Source of the DNA: Vicinamibacterales bacterium
Lineage (GTDB): Bacteria; Acidobacteriota; Vicinamibacteria; Vicinamibacterales; 2-12-FULL-66-21
Direction: 5' to 3'
Assembly: GCA_038320555.1 (NCBI GenBank)
Contig: JBBQEJ010000002.1
Span: 22,618 to 86,617 of the forward strand
Length of the DNA stretch: 64,000 nucleotides
The translations under genes were made by a program, and so were the position numbers. Shown piece after piece: positions 9,735 to 18,957 of the stretch (position 1 is its first letter; the number at the start of each line of letters is the position of its first letter). The notes under the pieces were generated by a model. The model worked only from the letters and a program-made list of their open reading frames with translations, was not told the origin of the DNA and searched no databases.

Positions 9735-9742
9735 CGTCGCGA

Positions 9743-10882
9743 TCAGCGCCCGACGGGCTGCATGGGCCGCTCGTCGAGGAGTCCGGAATCGCGGAGGAAC
9801 CGCTCGAGGGCGCCGGCGACGATCTCGTGACCGCGTGGTGTCAGATGAACCGTCTGCTGGAAGAACACGTCCGGGCCCGGCAGCGCGCTCCGGAGCGCGG
9901 GCAGCGCGTCGAAGCGCGGAACAGGAAGGGCGTCCAGTGCGGTGGCGAAACGTTCCGTGGCGCCGTCACGCACCAACTCCCCTCCTGATTGCGCCACCGC
10001 CTCCCGCAGCCTCCCGTAGTCCGCGTCGTCCACCTGGAACCGCGCCGGCATCAACATGACCGCCGTGCGCGCCCCTGCAGCCGCCGCATCAGCCGCCATT
10101 GCCTCGACGACGCGACGGACAACCGAGAGTCCGCGCCCGATCCGTGGGGCGGGATGTACGGCGTAGCTCTGAAGGGGGGGCTCGGGAGGTCCTGCGGTCC
10201 GTGTGAATCGATCGGTCGCCGCTACTACGCGCAGGCGAAGGACCTGCAGAACCATACTGCGCCGCACGAGACGCCTCAGACGCGTGCTGGCCGCCTCGTG
10301 GACGGTCGCGAATGCAGGGGGGGCCCGCCCGTCGAACAGAGCTTCAGAGCCCGCCGCGTCCTCGGCGTCATTCCCGACAAAGAGCGTCTCGACGACGATG
10401 TCGGGTTGGACGGCGGGAAGGATGGAGCGAAAGAAGAGCAGTTCCTGCACGGGGCCGTAGCCCTGGACTCCACCGTTGATCACGCGATATCGGATTCCGT
10501 GCGACGAGGCATTGAGCCGCTGCTCGAGCAATTCACCGAACGTCTGTGCGAACGGCACCTGCACGGAGAGCACGAGCGAATCGCCCAGGAGAAGGATTCG
10601 CCGTTCGTTTTCCGCTTTCGGCCCGATCTCTTCGTCGTCGCGGACTCCGGCCGCGTTGATCGCGATCTCGGTGTCGAACTCCACCGTCGCGAAGCGCACG
10701 TGCGCGCGGGGTTTGAGGCGGTAGCCGATGACAGGATCATTGGCAAAAAGGCCCTGAAACGCGGGCGCCGCCTCCGAGCTGCCCCAGGTGCGGAGCGCGG
10801 CCTCGAATACGCCGAACTGGACGGCCATGATCAGGGCGAACACGGCCACACGGCGCGCGAGGCGTCGAGGTTGACCTGCCAC
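9743..10882 (-). CDS. membrane-anchored SGNH/GDSL-fold protein (AlgJ/AlgX/PatB-like partner of the MBOAT)
   Basis: Track ORF trimmed to GTG 10882, 2 nt after the upstream TAA (10885-10887). N-terminal TM helix VAVFALIMAVQFGVFEAAL. Blocks ILLLGDSLVL (GDS), LFVGNDAED (GxND) and TVHLTPRGHEIVA (His). Confidence 0.7.
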   Translation of the reverse strand: MAGQPRRLARRVAVFALIMAVQFGVFEAALRTWGSSEAAPAFQGLFANDPVIGYRLKPRAHVRFATVEFDTEIAINAAGVRDDEEIGPKAENERRILLLGDSLVLSVQVPFAQTFGELLEQRLNASSHGIRYRVINGGVQGYGPVQELLFFRSILPAVQPDIVVETLFVGNDAEDAAGSEALFDGRAPPAFATVHEAASTRLRRLVRRSMVLQVLRLRVVAATDRFTRTAGPPEPPLQSYAVHPAPRIGRGLSVVRRVVEAMAADAAAAGARTAVMLMPARFQVDDADYGRLREAVAQSGGELVRDGATERFATALDALPVPRFDALPALRSALPGPDVFFQQTVHLTPRGHEIVAGALERFLRDSGLLDERPMQPVGR

Positions 10883-10884
10883 GG

Positions 10885-11964
10885 TTATGCAGGCGCGAGG
10901 GCGGCGGCGACGCGGTCGATCGCGTTTGCCGGAAGCGAGGGATAGAGCGGCAGCGAGAGGATCTCGCCGCAGACACGGGTCGCGATCGGGCAATCAGCGG
11001 GCCGCTCGGACGCGAGGGCGGGCTGTGCGGGAATCGGGATCGGGTAGTGGATCAGAGTCTCGATCCCCGCCGCGCGAAGAGCCGCTTGAACCGCGTCGCG
11101 CGAGGCGCTGCGCACCGGGAACAGATGATAAACGTGCCCTTCGTCGAACAGAGGCGGGACCGCGATCGCGGTCGAGGGCCCGAGGCGCGCGCGATAATCG
11201 CGCGCGAGCGCCCGGCGGCGCGCAGTCCACTCCGGGAGAAAGGCGAGGCGGGCTCGCAGAATCGCGGCCTGAATATCGTCGAGCCTCGAATTCACGCCGA
11301 ATTCCCCATGGTGATAGCGATCGGTCTGCCCGCCGTTGCGAAGCCGTCGGGCGTGGTCGGCAAGTCGGGAGTCGTGGGTCGTGATCGCGCCGCCGTCACC
11401 GAGCGCACCGAGGTTCTTTGTCGGATAGAAGCTGAACGCCGCGGCCGCGCCGAAGCTGCCGACAGGCCTGCCCGTGCACGTCGCCAAATGCGCCTGACAG
11501 CAGTCCTCCACGACGGCGAGATTGTGGCGCGTGGCGACCGCGGCAATCGCGGGCATGTCGGCCGGTTGCCCGTACAGATGGACAGGCAGGATGGCCGCCG
11601 TCCGCGCCGTCACCGCGGCGTCGGCCGCTGCGGGATCGAGAGTCAGACGTTGTGGATCGATGTCGGCAAACACGGGCCGCGCCCCCACCATCATGATCGC
11701 GAGGGCCGAGTACGCCGCCGACAGTGGTGTGGTGATGACTTCGTCTCCGGGTCCAATCCCAAGCGCGCGCAGAGCAATCGCCAGCGCGTCGGTACCGGTC
11801 CCGACGCCGACCGCCTCGGCCGCACCGGACGCGGCGGCGAATTCTCGCTCGAACGCGTCCACCTCAGGGCCGAGAACGAACCACCCTCGCGTCATGACTC
11901 GCTCGACGGCCTCACGCACCGCGGCGGCGTCTTCGCCGGGTGTGAGCTGCAGGAAAGGGATCAC
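10885..11964 (-). CDS. DegT/DnrJ/EryC1/StrS-family PLP-dependent sugar aminotransferase (ArnB/WecE-like)
   Basis: IPFLQL...GWFVLGPEVDAFEREFA and FSFYPTKNLGALGDGGAITT (PLP lysine). Start moved to GTG 11964: GTGA overlap with the upstream stop and GGAG 6 nt upstream. Confidence 0.9.
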   Translation of the reverse strand: MIPFLQLTPGEDAAAVREAVERVMTRGWFVLGPEVDAFEREFAAASGAAEAVGVGTGTDALAIALRALGIGPGDEVITTPLSAAYSALAIMMVGARPVFADIDPQRLTLDPAAADAAVTARTAAILPVHLYGQPADMPAIAAVATRHNLAVVEDCCQAHLATCTGRPVGSFGAAAAFSFYPTKNLGALGDGGAITTHDSRLADHARRLRNGGQTDRYHHGEFGVNSRLDDIQAAILRARLAFLPEWTARRRALARDYRARLGPSTAIAVPPLFDEGHVYHLFPVRSASRDAVQAALRAAGIETLIHYPIPIPAQPALASERPADCPIATRVCGEILSLPLYPSLPANAIDRVAAALAPA

Positions 11965-12992
11965 GGGCGCTCCGGCTTGCACTCGTCGACGGTGTCGACG
12001 TACTCCGGCAGATGCTCCCTGAAGTACGCCAGGGTTCGGCGAAGGCCCTCGCGCAGATCGACCTGTGGCGTCCAGCCGACACGTTTCTGGAATTTCGTCG
12101 AGTCAGAATAGAAGCTGCCGATGTCGATCCGCTTCTTTTCGGGGGGCCAGTCCACGTATCGCACGCTGCCGGACCCTGCGGTGTCGATGAGCAGGGCCAC
12201 GAGATCGCGATGGCTGATGGGTTCGGCTCCACCGACATTGAAGACGTCCCCATCGCATGCATCCGACGCACCCGCGCGCAGGAACGCGTCAGCGGCATCA
12301 TCGACATAAACGAAATCACGCATCTGCGAGCCGTCGCCGAAGATCTGAATCTCCCGGTTCTCGATCGCGAGGCGGATGAACCAGCCGATGAAACCCTGCC
12401 GATTGTGTCGAACGAGCTGCCGCGGGCCGTAGACGTTCGTGAGACGCAGGGAACAGGCGCGGACGCCGAAGACGTTGTTGTAGAGGAGGTGGTAGTACTC
12501 CCCGGCGGCCTTGTTGACGCCGTTGATGTCCGCGGGGCGCACCAGGTGGCGCTCGTCAACCGGCAGGTACTCGGGCCGCCCGTACACCTGACGCGTGCCC
12601 GCGTAGACCACCCGGACGCCCGGATTGTTCGTGCGGCAGGCTTCCAGAATCGAGAGCTGCGCCCGGCAGTTTATTTCCAGATCCGTATACGGGTCGCGCA
12701 TGCTGTCGATGTGGCTCACCTGGCCGGCGAGGTTGAAGATCACGTCCTGTCCTCGCGCCAGCACGCCAATCGTACTCTGCATCCGCACGTCGGCGATGTT
12801 GACGCGGACGCGATCCGCGAATTCCGAGATGTTGAAGAGATTCCCGCCGTAATCCGGCAGCAGCGAGTCGATGAGGAGCACGTCGGCGCCGAGATCGACG
12901 AGCTGACGGGCGAGATTGCTGCCGATGAATCCCAGGCCGCCGGTGATCATCACGCGGCGTCCCTTGTAGAACTCGCGGTACGACTGCGTCAC
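11961..12992 (-). CDS. NAD-dependent epimerase/dehydratase-family SDR with atypical active-site motif
   Basis: MITGGLGFIGSNL Rossmann motif and TNVYGPRQ block. Start is GTG 12992 in a GTGA overlap with the upstream stop (ATG 12956 is an alternative). ADINGVNKAAGE sits where PYGxSK (YxxxK) is expected. Confidence 0.85.
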   Translation of the reverse strand: MTQSYREFYKGRRVMITGGLGFIGSNLARQLVDLGADVLLIDSLLPDYGGNLFNISEFADRVRVNIADVRMQSTIGVLARGQDVIFNLAGQVSHIDSMRDPYTDLEINCRAQLSILEACRTNNPGVRVVYAGTRQVYGRPEYLPVDERHLVRPADINGVNKAAGEYYHLLYNNVFGVRACSLRLTNVYGPRQLVRHNRQGFIGWFIRLAIENREIQIFGDGSQMRDFVYVDDAADAFLRAGASDACDGDVFNVGGAEPISHRDLVALLIDTAGSGSVRYVDWPPEKKRIDIGSFYSDSTKFQKRVGWTPQVDLREGLRRTLAYFREHLPEYVDTVDECKPERP

Positions 12993-13777
12993 GCCCGATC
13001 CCTCGGCTCCGGTGGCACCGGTTCCGCAGACAGGCCGCGCAGCTCGGGCCGGAGGTGGTCCCGGCGGACGACGAGCGCGGCCCACAGCTTCGCCACGTCG
13101 ATTGCCGTCTTGAAGAGCCGGCGGAAATTGAAGAATTGCGATTTCCCGTGCGCGCGGTGATAGTGGTGGATCGGTACTTCGGCAATGCGGAATCCCGCGT
13201 CCTGGATCTTCTTCATCATCTCGAGACAGATCACGCCGCTGGTCTTTTCCAGCGAGACCTGCTCGAAGATGGATCGGCGCAGCAGACGGAAGTCGCAATC
13301 GACATCGCGCACGTTCAAGCCGAAGAGCCGCTTCACCGTGTGGTGATAGACGCGCCCGATCACGATTCGGTGCAAGGGATCCGAACGGCTGATTTTGTAT
13401 CCGTTGACGAGATCGACATTGTCATCAAGTGCGTCCCAGAGCCTCGTCATCTCCGACGGATCGTACTGGGCGTCGCCGTCGGTGTAGAACACCAACTCGC
13501 GAGTGGCCGCCTTGAAGCCGCTCTGCAGCGCGCCGCCGTAGCCGCGGTTACGTCCGTGGCGCACGACCCTGACTTCGGGATACGTGCGTGCGAGCTCATC
13601 GGCGATCTGCGCCGTCGCGTCCGCGCTTCCGTCATCGACGATGATCACCTCGAAGTCCGGCGTAAGGGCCCTCGCAGTCTGCAGCGCGGTGATCACGAGG
13701 CTCGCGATTGTCCCGCTGTCGTTGTAGGCGGGAAAAAAGACAGTGAGTCCTGGCTTCCTGATGGCAGGCTGAGGCAT
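12989..13777 (-). CDS. glycosyltransferase family 2 (Dpm1/ArnC/GtrB type)
   Basis: 262 aa. LTVFFPAYNDSGTI, VIIVDDGSADAT, RNRGYGGALQSG. Confidence 0.9.
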   Translation of the reverse strand: MPQPAIRKPGLTVFFPAYNDSGTIASLVITALQTARALTPDFEVIIVDDGSADATAQIADELARTYPEVRVVRHGRNRGYGGALQSGFKAATRELVFYTDGDAQYDPSEMTRLWDALDDNVDLVNGYKISRSDPLHRIVIGRVYHHTVKRLFGLNVRDVDCDFRLLRRSIFEQVSLEKTSGVICLEMMKKIQDAGFRIAEVPIHHYHRAHGKSQFFNFRRLFKTAIDVAKLWAALVVRRDHLRPELRGLSAEPVPPEPRDRA

Positions 13778-13794
13778 CTGTGGAGCCGTGAATC

Positions 13795-15024
13795 TTAACT
13801 GGGCGGTGATTTCAAGGCAAGCGCACGGGTGTACGCGGCCTCGAGCCGCTCCGCGGCCCGTTCCCAGCCGAACCGTGCCTGCACGAGCGCACGCCCGGCG
13901 CTGCCGATTTGGCGTCCCACGTCAGGGTTTGAAACAAGCCGAACCATTGCCGCCGCAATGGCCGCGGCATCCCTCTCGGCGACAACGATCGCGGTGACGT
14001 TGTCGTCGACGACCGCCCCGATGCCACCCGCCGCCGTGGTGATGAGCGGTACCCCCGACGCGAGCGCCTCGAGAACGACGTTCGGAAGGCCGTCGACGTT
14101 GCCGCTGTCGTCGCGGATCGACGGTACGCAGATCATGTCCGCAGCGGCGAGATACTCGCCGACCCGATCCTGCGTCTGGTTGCCGAGGAAGCGAACCCGC
14201 TCAGCGACGCCTGCCGTTCGCGCGCGCGCCTGGAGTTCGCTGCCCAGGCTGCCGTCGCCCGCGACAGCAAGCACGATCCCCGGGACGCTGCCGACCGCGT
14301 CGACGAGATACTCGAATCCTTTCTTGCTCACGAGGCGTCCTGCCGCGACACAGAGGGGCACGCGATCGCCCACGCCGAGTTCACGCCGCCGCGCCGCGCG
14401 CATCTCGGGGTCGGGGCGAAAACGAGCCACGTCGACGCCGTAGGGCACGGTCTCGATCCGGGCGGGATCGGCGCCAAGCGCGATCGCCCGCTTCGCGAGA
14501 TCGTCGCTGCAGGCGGTCACAAATCCCGCGCGGCGGAACGTATGCCGCGCGGCCAGCCGGGCCGCCGCGAAGGTTTCGGCGACGTAGACGTCGGAGCCGT
14601 GAAGACTGACGACGAGCGGCACACGGGGAGCCGCGAGGGCGGCCGTGACGCCGCCGGGAATCACCCAGTGCCCGTGCATGATCGTGGCTCGATGACGCTG
14701 CGCGATCTTGCGCGCCGTGCGCCAACCCGCCGCGAGCGCGAACGGAGCCGCGACGTATGCGGCGCCGCGAAGGCTGACGTCGGCGCGCATGGCCGCCGCG
14801 TACCCGAACACGTTCAACGATCGCAACGGCGCATAGCGATAGAAATGGAATCGCACGCCGTGCTCCTCCTTCGCCCGCTCGACGAGCGGATGCCACGGGG
14901 CGACGACGTGAACCTCGTGCCCTCGGGCGGCGACCGATTGGGCAATCGGCTCCATGAATGTGCCGACGCTATCGCCGCGGAATCTCGGGTACGACGTCGT
15001 CACCATCACGACGACGTGCGGCAT
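13795..15024 (-). CDS. glycosyltransferase family 4 (GT-B, Glycos_transf_1)
   Basis: Track ORF trimmed to ATG 15024, 2 nt after the upstream TGA. MPHVVVMVTTSYPRFRGDSVG... and C-terminal GLPNVVLEALASGVPLITT. Confidence 0.85.
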   Translation of the reverse strand: MPHVVVMVTTSYPRFRGDSVGTFMEPIAQSVAARGHEVHVVAPWHPLVERAKEEHGVRFHFYRYAPLRSLNVFGYAAAMRADVSLRGAAYVAAPFALAAGWRTARKIAQRHRATIMHGHWVIPGGVTAALAAPRVPLVVSLHGSDVYVAETFAAARLAARHTFRRAGFVTACSDDLAKRAIALGADPARIETVPYGVDVARFRPDPEMRAARRRELGVGDRVPLCVAAGRLVSKKGFEYLVDAVGSVPGIVLAVAGDGSLGSELQARARTAGVAERVRFLGNQTQDRVGEYLAAADMICVPSIRDDSGNVDGLPNVVLEALASGVPLITTAAGGIGAVVDDNVTAIVVAERDAAAIAAAMVRLVSNPDVGRQIGSAGRALVQARFGWERAAERLEAAYTRALALKSPPS

Positions 15025-15026
15025 GT

Positions 15027-15737
15027 TCACCGGGGCGCGCGGCGCAGCTTGAGGCGCCACGGCATGATGACGGACTCGACGATGACGTTCGACGACAGCT
15101 TCGACTGCCCCTGCCGCCGCTCGACAAAAATAATCGGCACCTCGCCCATGCGGCACCCGTTCCGCGCCGCGTCGAACAGCATCTCGACGAGGAACGCATA
15201 ACCGTCCGACACCATGGTATCGAGCGGCAGGCGCGCAAGCGCCTCTCTCCGCCAGCAGCGAAAGCCGCTCGTGCAGTCGGTAGGGGACAGCTGGGTCACC
15301 GCGCGGATGTAGCGATTGGCGAACGTGCTGAGGAAAATCCGATGCAGCGGCCAGTTGACGACGCTGACCCCGTTCAAATAGCGGGAACCGATGACGACAT
15401 CCGCCGTGGCGGCTCCGGCCGTCAGCGCCGGCAGGTACTCGGGATTGTGCGACAGATCCGCATCCATCTGGCAGATCAGCTCGGCGTCGGTCGAGGCAAT
15501 CGCATGGCGCAGCCCATCGATGTAGGACCGCCCAAGGCCGCGCTTGCCGGTACGGTGCATGACTTCGACCCGGCCCGGGTATTCCGCGACCAGCGCATCA
15601 GCCACCTCACCTGTTCCATCGGGCGAGCCGTCGTCGACGACGAGCATTCGGAATCCCTCGTACGCAAGTACCCCGCGGGCGAGAAGCGGAAGGTTTTCCC
15701 GCTCGTTATATGTCGGAACGACTACCAGGACGTTCAT
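15027..15737 (-). CDS. GT2 polyprenol-phosphate hexose synthase-like (Ppm1/Dpm1 type)
   Basis: 236 aa. MNVLVVVPTYNERENL, MLVVDDGSPDGT, GKRGLGRSYIDG. No TM tail. Its ATG shares one base with the upstream stop (TGATG). Confidence 0.9.
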   Translation of the reverse strand: MNVLVVVPTYNERENLPLLARGVLAYEGFRMLVVDDGSPDGTGEVADALVAEYPGRVEVMHRTGKRGLGRSYIDGLRHAIASTDAELICQMDADLSHNPEYLPALTAGAATADVVIGSRYLNGVSVVNWPLHRIFLSTFANRYIRAVTQLSPTDCTSGFRCWRREALARLPLDTMVSDGYAFLVEMLFDAARNGCRMGEVPIIFVERRQGQSKLSSNVIVESVIMPWRLKLRRAPR

Positions 15738-17008
15738 CAGAGGTCAAATCTCGATTGTTCCGGACGCGCGGCGCGCCGGCCGCACCAGATGCCAGCGCAG
15801 ACGATCAGCGTCGGATCGACTACCGGAATCCGAAACCGCTCCTGGGGAAAAAACAGGAGACAGACAATCAGCGCCGACGCCGCGAGCAGGAAGAGCGCCT
15901 CGGGGGGGTGCGCCCCGCGCCGCCATGCGCGGATGCCGAGCAGCGCGAACGGCAGCAGGATCACGTACGACGCGATCGACGACACCCGGTACAAGGTTGA
16001 GTGTAGCGTATACGACGGACCCGCCGGCACGACCGTGAAGAACGCCTTTCTCATCAGGAGACTGAGCCACCAGCCGGGATGCGCCGCAATGTAACCGACG
16101 GCCTCTCGGTAGTAGAGCGGCTCGAGCTCTTCAGCGGTCACTCCCGGATGTGCCGCCCGGAAGGCAATCTCGGCGGCCTTGATGTCGGGATTTGCCGCCA
16201 GATCGCCTTCGCCGCGCGCGAGCGGATGATTACCGGTCCAGAACGTCACGCCTCCCTCGGAGGCCACCAGCACGAACCTGTCGTATACGCGCAGGTTGCG
16301 GACGGTCCACGGTGCCACGACGAACAGGGCTGCCGCGAGGAGGGCCGCCGCGAGCGCTACCCGGCGACGCACGGCCAACCACGATGCAGCCAGCGGCAGG
16401 AAGAACAGCATCGCGGGACGCACCAGGATGGCGGCGCCCGCCGCCACGCCCGAAGCCACTGCCAGTAGGCCCCCGCGTCGCATCCACGAAGTGGTGTTGG
16501 TACGTTCCGCGCGGTCAAGCGCCAGATCGAGAAGAAGGACCGTAATCAGCGCCGTCGTGCTGTACAGCGCTTCGCTGAGCACGTACGCACAGATCCAGAC
16601 GAGTGGAGGGTAGAGCGACGCGATCGCGGCCGCCGCCACGCCGGCGGGTGGTCCTGCGGCGCGTCGCGCGAGGAGTCCGATCACCCAGACCCCAAGCGCG
16701 CCGACGATCGACTGCGCGATCTTTACTCGCGCCGGCACGGCATCGTCGTCTTGCGCGCCTGCGCCGATGACGGCGAGGAAGAGCGGATAGCCCGGAGCCC
16801 GGCCGAACTGCTGCGCCGTGCCGGTCTCATGGCGTGCGTCATACGTGAATCCCCTGCCGGCCGACACGCTGTGCGCGAGGGCGAGGTATTCGCGCTCGTC
16901 GTGCGTCAAGGGTTTGTTATTCCAATAGACGAACGCGAACGTCAGCCGCAGCACAAGGCCCGCGATCGCCGCCGCAACGATCAGCCGGTGGCTCCGTGCG
17001 GAGTCCAT
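15737..17008 (-). CDS. GT-C membrane glycosyltransferase (GT39/GT83, PMT_2/ArnT-like)
   Basis: Track ORF 15737..17782 trimmed to ATG 17008, 8 nt after the upstream TAA. 423 aa, multi-TM. First loop THDEREYLALAHS carries an acidic DE motif. Confidence 0.8.
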   Translation of the reverse strand: MDSARSHRLIVAAAIAGLVLRLTFAFVYWNNKPLTHDEREYLALAHSVSAGRGFTYDARHETGTAQQFGRAPGYPLFLAVIGAGAQDDDAVPARVKIAQSIVGALGVWVIGLLARRAAGPPAGVAAAAIASLYPPLVWICAYVLSEALYSTTALITVLLLDLALDRAERTNTTSWMRRGGLLAVASGVAAGAAILVRPAMLFFLPLAASWLAVRRRVALAAALLAAALFVVAPWTVRNLRVYDRFVLVASEGGVTFWTGNHPLARGEGDLAANPDIKAAEIAFRAAHPGVTAEELEPLYYREAVGYIAAHPGWWLSLLMRKAFFTVVPAGPSYTLHSTLYRVSSIASYVILLPFALLGIRAWRRGAHPPEALFLLAASALIVCLLFFPQERFRIPVVDPTLIVCAGIWCGRRAARPEQSRFDL

Positions 17009-17016
17009 CACAGCCG

Positions 17017-17877
17017 TTATCGACGGCCTTCGAACCGCAGCGCCGAGATCTGTTCGGAGACGAGCCCGACGAGGAACACCATGACTCCGAAGAGGATCAG
17101 CAGCACGGCGCCGTTGGGAATACGCGAGTGCGCCACGACGTTCCACAAGCCATACGTCAGTCCTGTCACGATCGTGATGCCGGCGAGCGGTACGAACACG
17201 CGCAGTGGACTGAAGATGGTCACGATCTTCAGAATGATCATGAAGAACTTCGCGCCGTCGCGGGCGAGCCGGATCTTCGACTGGCCGATGCGGGTGCGGG
17301 CTTCTACCGGCTCGAACGTCACGTTGTAGCCGGCTTTGATGAACGCCAGGGTGGTCGTGGTTGGCGTCGAGAAGCCGTTTGGCAGGAGGTGAATGAACTC
17401 GCGCAGATACTCGCGCCGCGCGCCGCGGAACCCCGACGTCAGGTCGGGGATTTCGCGGCCCGTCAGGTAACCCGCAAGCCAGTTGAGGGCGCCGTTTCCG
17501 ACGCGACGCGCGCGGGTCGCTTGCGTCGAGGTCGAGCGGGCGCCGACGACCAGGTCGTACTCGCCCAGGCGCGACGCGATGCGCCGGGCATCTTCCGGCC
17601 GGTGCTGTCCGTCGCCGTCGATGATGAGGACGAACTCGCCGCCGGCCCTGCGGATCCCGCTCTTGACCGCAGCCCCGTTGCCCTTGTTGTAGGGATGCCT
17701 CACCACGACGGCGCCGGTCGACGCCGCCAGCGTGGCCGTCGCGTCGTCCGACCCGTCGTCCACGACGATGATCTCGTGCCACGTCGCGGCGGCCGCCAGG
17801 GCGGCCACGACCTGGCCGATGACATCCGCTTCGTTGTAGGCAGGAATGACGACGGATACCGCTGAAGGCTCGGCCAC
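17017..17877 (-). CDS. GT2 with C-terminal TM helices (GtrB/ArnC-type polyprenyl-phosphate glycosyltransferase)
   Basis: VSVVIPAYNEADVIGQVV, IIVVDDGSDDAT, NKGNGAAVKSG, then two hydrophobic helices. GTG 17877 is preferred. ATG 17928 would overlap the upstream gene by 47 nt. Confidence 0.85.
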   Translation of the reverse strand: MAEPSAVSVVIPAYNEADVIGQVVAALAAAATWHEIIVVDDGSDDATATLAASTGAVVVRHPYNKGNGAAVKSGIRRAGGEFVLIIDGDGQHRPEDARRIASRLGEYDLVVGARSTSTQATRARRVGNGALNWLAGYLTGREIPDLTSGFRGARREYLREFIHLLPNGFSTPTTTTLAFIKAGYNVTFEPVEARTRIGQSKIRLARDGAKFFMIILKIVTIFSPLRVFVPLAGITIVTGLTYGLWNVVAHSRIPNGAVLLILFGVMVFLVGLVSEQISALRFEGRR

Positions 17878-17881
17878 TAGA

Positions 17882-18907
17882 TTAATGCTTCCATTGATCC
17901 GTGCGGGACAGGGCGGGTGGTGGCGCATCGGCCTCGCGGTCCCGCAGTTCGAGCGATCGCATCCGGTAGAGCAGATCCTCCAGCAGCTTGCGGTTCCCCG
18001 AGATGACGTCGGCCAGGAGTCCGATCACGAGAATCTGGAAGCCGACGAGCATGACTACCGCGGCGGCAATGAGGGATTGGATGTGCTTGAACCCCTCATG
18101 ATTGAAGTAGTAGTAAACGTTCCGCATCGAGAGCGCGAAACCGGCGCCGAACACCGCCAGGCCCAGGTAGGTGAAGATCTTGAGCGGCTCGTACATCGCG
18201 TAGATCCGCACGATCGTCGCCGCGGAGCGTTTGACGTACGAGAAGGCGCTGTCAAAGAGGCGCGATTCACGCGTGCGGGGATTGGTCGCGACCGGCACGT
18301 GCGCGATCGCCATCCTCTTCTTGCCGGCCTGGATGATGGACTCGAGCGTGTAGGAAAACTCCGAAACGATCGTCATCCGTAGCGCGGCTTCGCGCGTGTA
18401 GGCGCGGAACCCGCTCGTCGTGTCCGGCACGCTCGTGTTCGAGACCTGCCGCACCACCCAGCTTCCCAGTTGCTGCAGCTGGCGCTTCCGCCACGACATG
18501 TGGCGCAGCTCCGCGATATTGCGATCGCCGATCACGATATCGGCATCGGCGCTGAGCAGCGGTGCGAGCAATCGGGGAATCTCGTTTGCGGCGTACTGGT
18601 TGTCGGCGTCGGTATTGACGATGAAATCCGCGCCGGCCTTCAGCGACGCGTCGATGCCCGCCATGAAGGCGGCCGCGAGCCCCTTGTTGCGTCGCAGCCG
18701 CACGACATGCTCGACGCCGCAGCGTCGCGCCACGTCCGCCGTGCCGTCGCGCGAACCGTCGTCGACGACGAGCACTTCCACGAGGTCGATCCCCGCGATG
18801 GCGCGAGGCAGATCGGCCAAAGTGGCCGGCAGGGTCGCGGCCTCGTTGAGGCACGGAATCTGAATGATGAGCTTTTTCACGAAATGCCCAAGCCGTCGAG
18901 ACGGCAC
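17882..18907 (-). CDS. GT2 with C-terminal TM helices (GtrB/ArnC type)
   Basis: KLIIQIPCLNEAATL, VLVVDDGSRDGT, RNKGLAAAFMAGI, plus C-terminal helices. Start is GTG 18907 or GTG 18880. Confidence 0.85.
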   Translation of the reverse strand: MPSRRLGHFVKKLIIQIPCLNEAATLPATLADLPRAIAGIDLVEVLVVDDGSRDGTADVARRCGVEHVVRLRRNKGLAAAFMAGIDASLKAGADFIVNTDADNQYAANEIPRLLAPLLSADADIVIGDRNIAELRHMSWRKRQLQQLGSWVVRQVSNTSVPDTTSGFRAYTREAALRMTIVSEFSYTLESIIQAGKKRMAIAHVPVATNPRTRESRLFDSAFSYVKRSAATIVRIYAMYEPLKIFTYLGLAVFGAGFALSMRNVYYYFNHEGFKHIQSLIAAAVVMLVGFQILVIGLLADVISGNRKLLEDLLYRMRSLELRDREADAPPPALSRTDQWKH

Positions 18908-18921
18908 GACGTGCTGTGAGT

Positions 18922-18957
18922 CATGGCAATTATGGCGATTCTGGCAATTCTGGCAAC
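18922..18957. repeat. four tandem 9-mers (catggcaat tatggcgat tctggcaat tctggcaac) straddling the stop codon of the GT4 gene
   Basis: Read directly from the sequence. On the coding strand the units spell ...LPELPESP-stop and continue into the 22-nt spacer. Confidence 0.7.

Noticed and set aside
15737-17782. Over-long N-terminal extensions in the ORF track (also 2614-4608, 9743-10993, 11961-13298, 13795-15156, 27984-29330, 28763-30712, 31841-33235, 35350-36885, 40337-41083, 53869-55119, 55037-57106, 56965-57801)
   Set aside because: The extensions overlap the preceding gene, are Arg/Pro-rich junk, and end at internal starts. Those internal starts form ATGA/GTGA/TGATG junctions or have an RBS, and they give family-typical N-termini.
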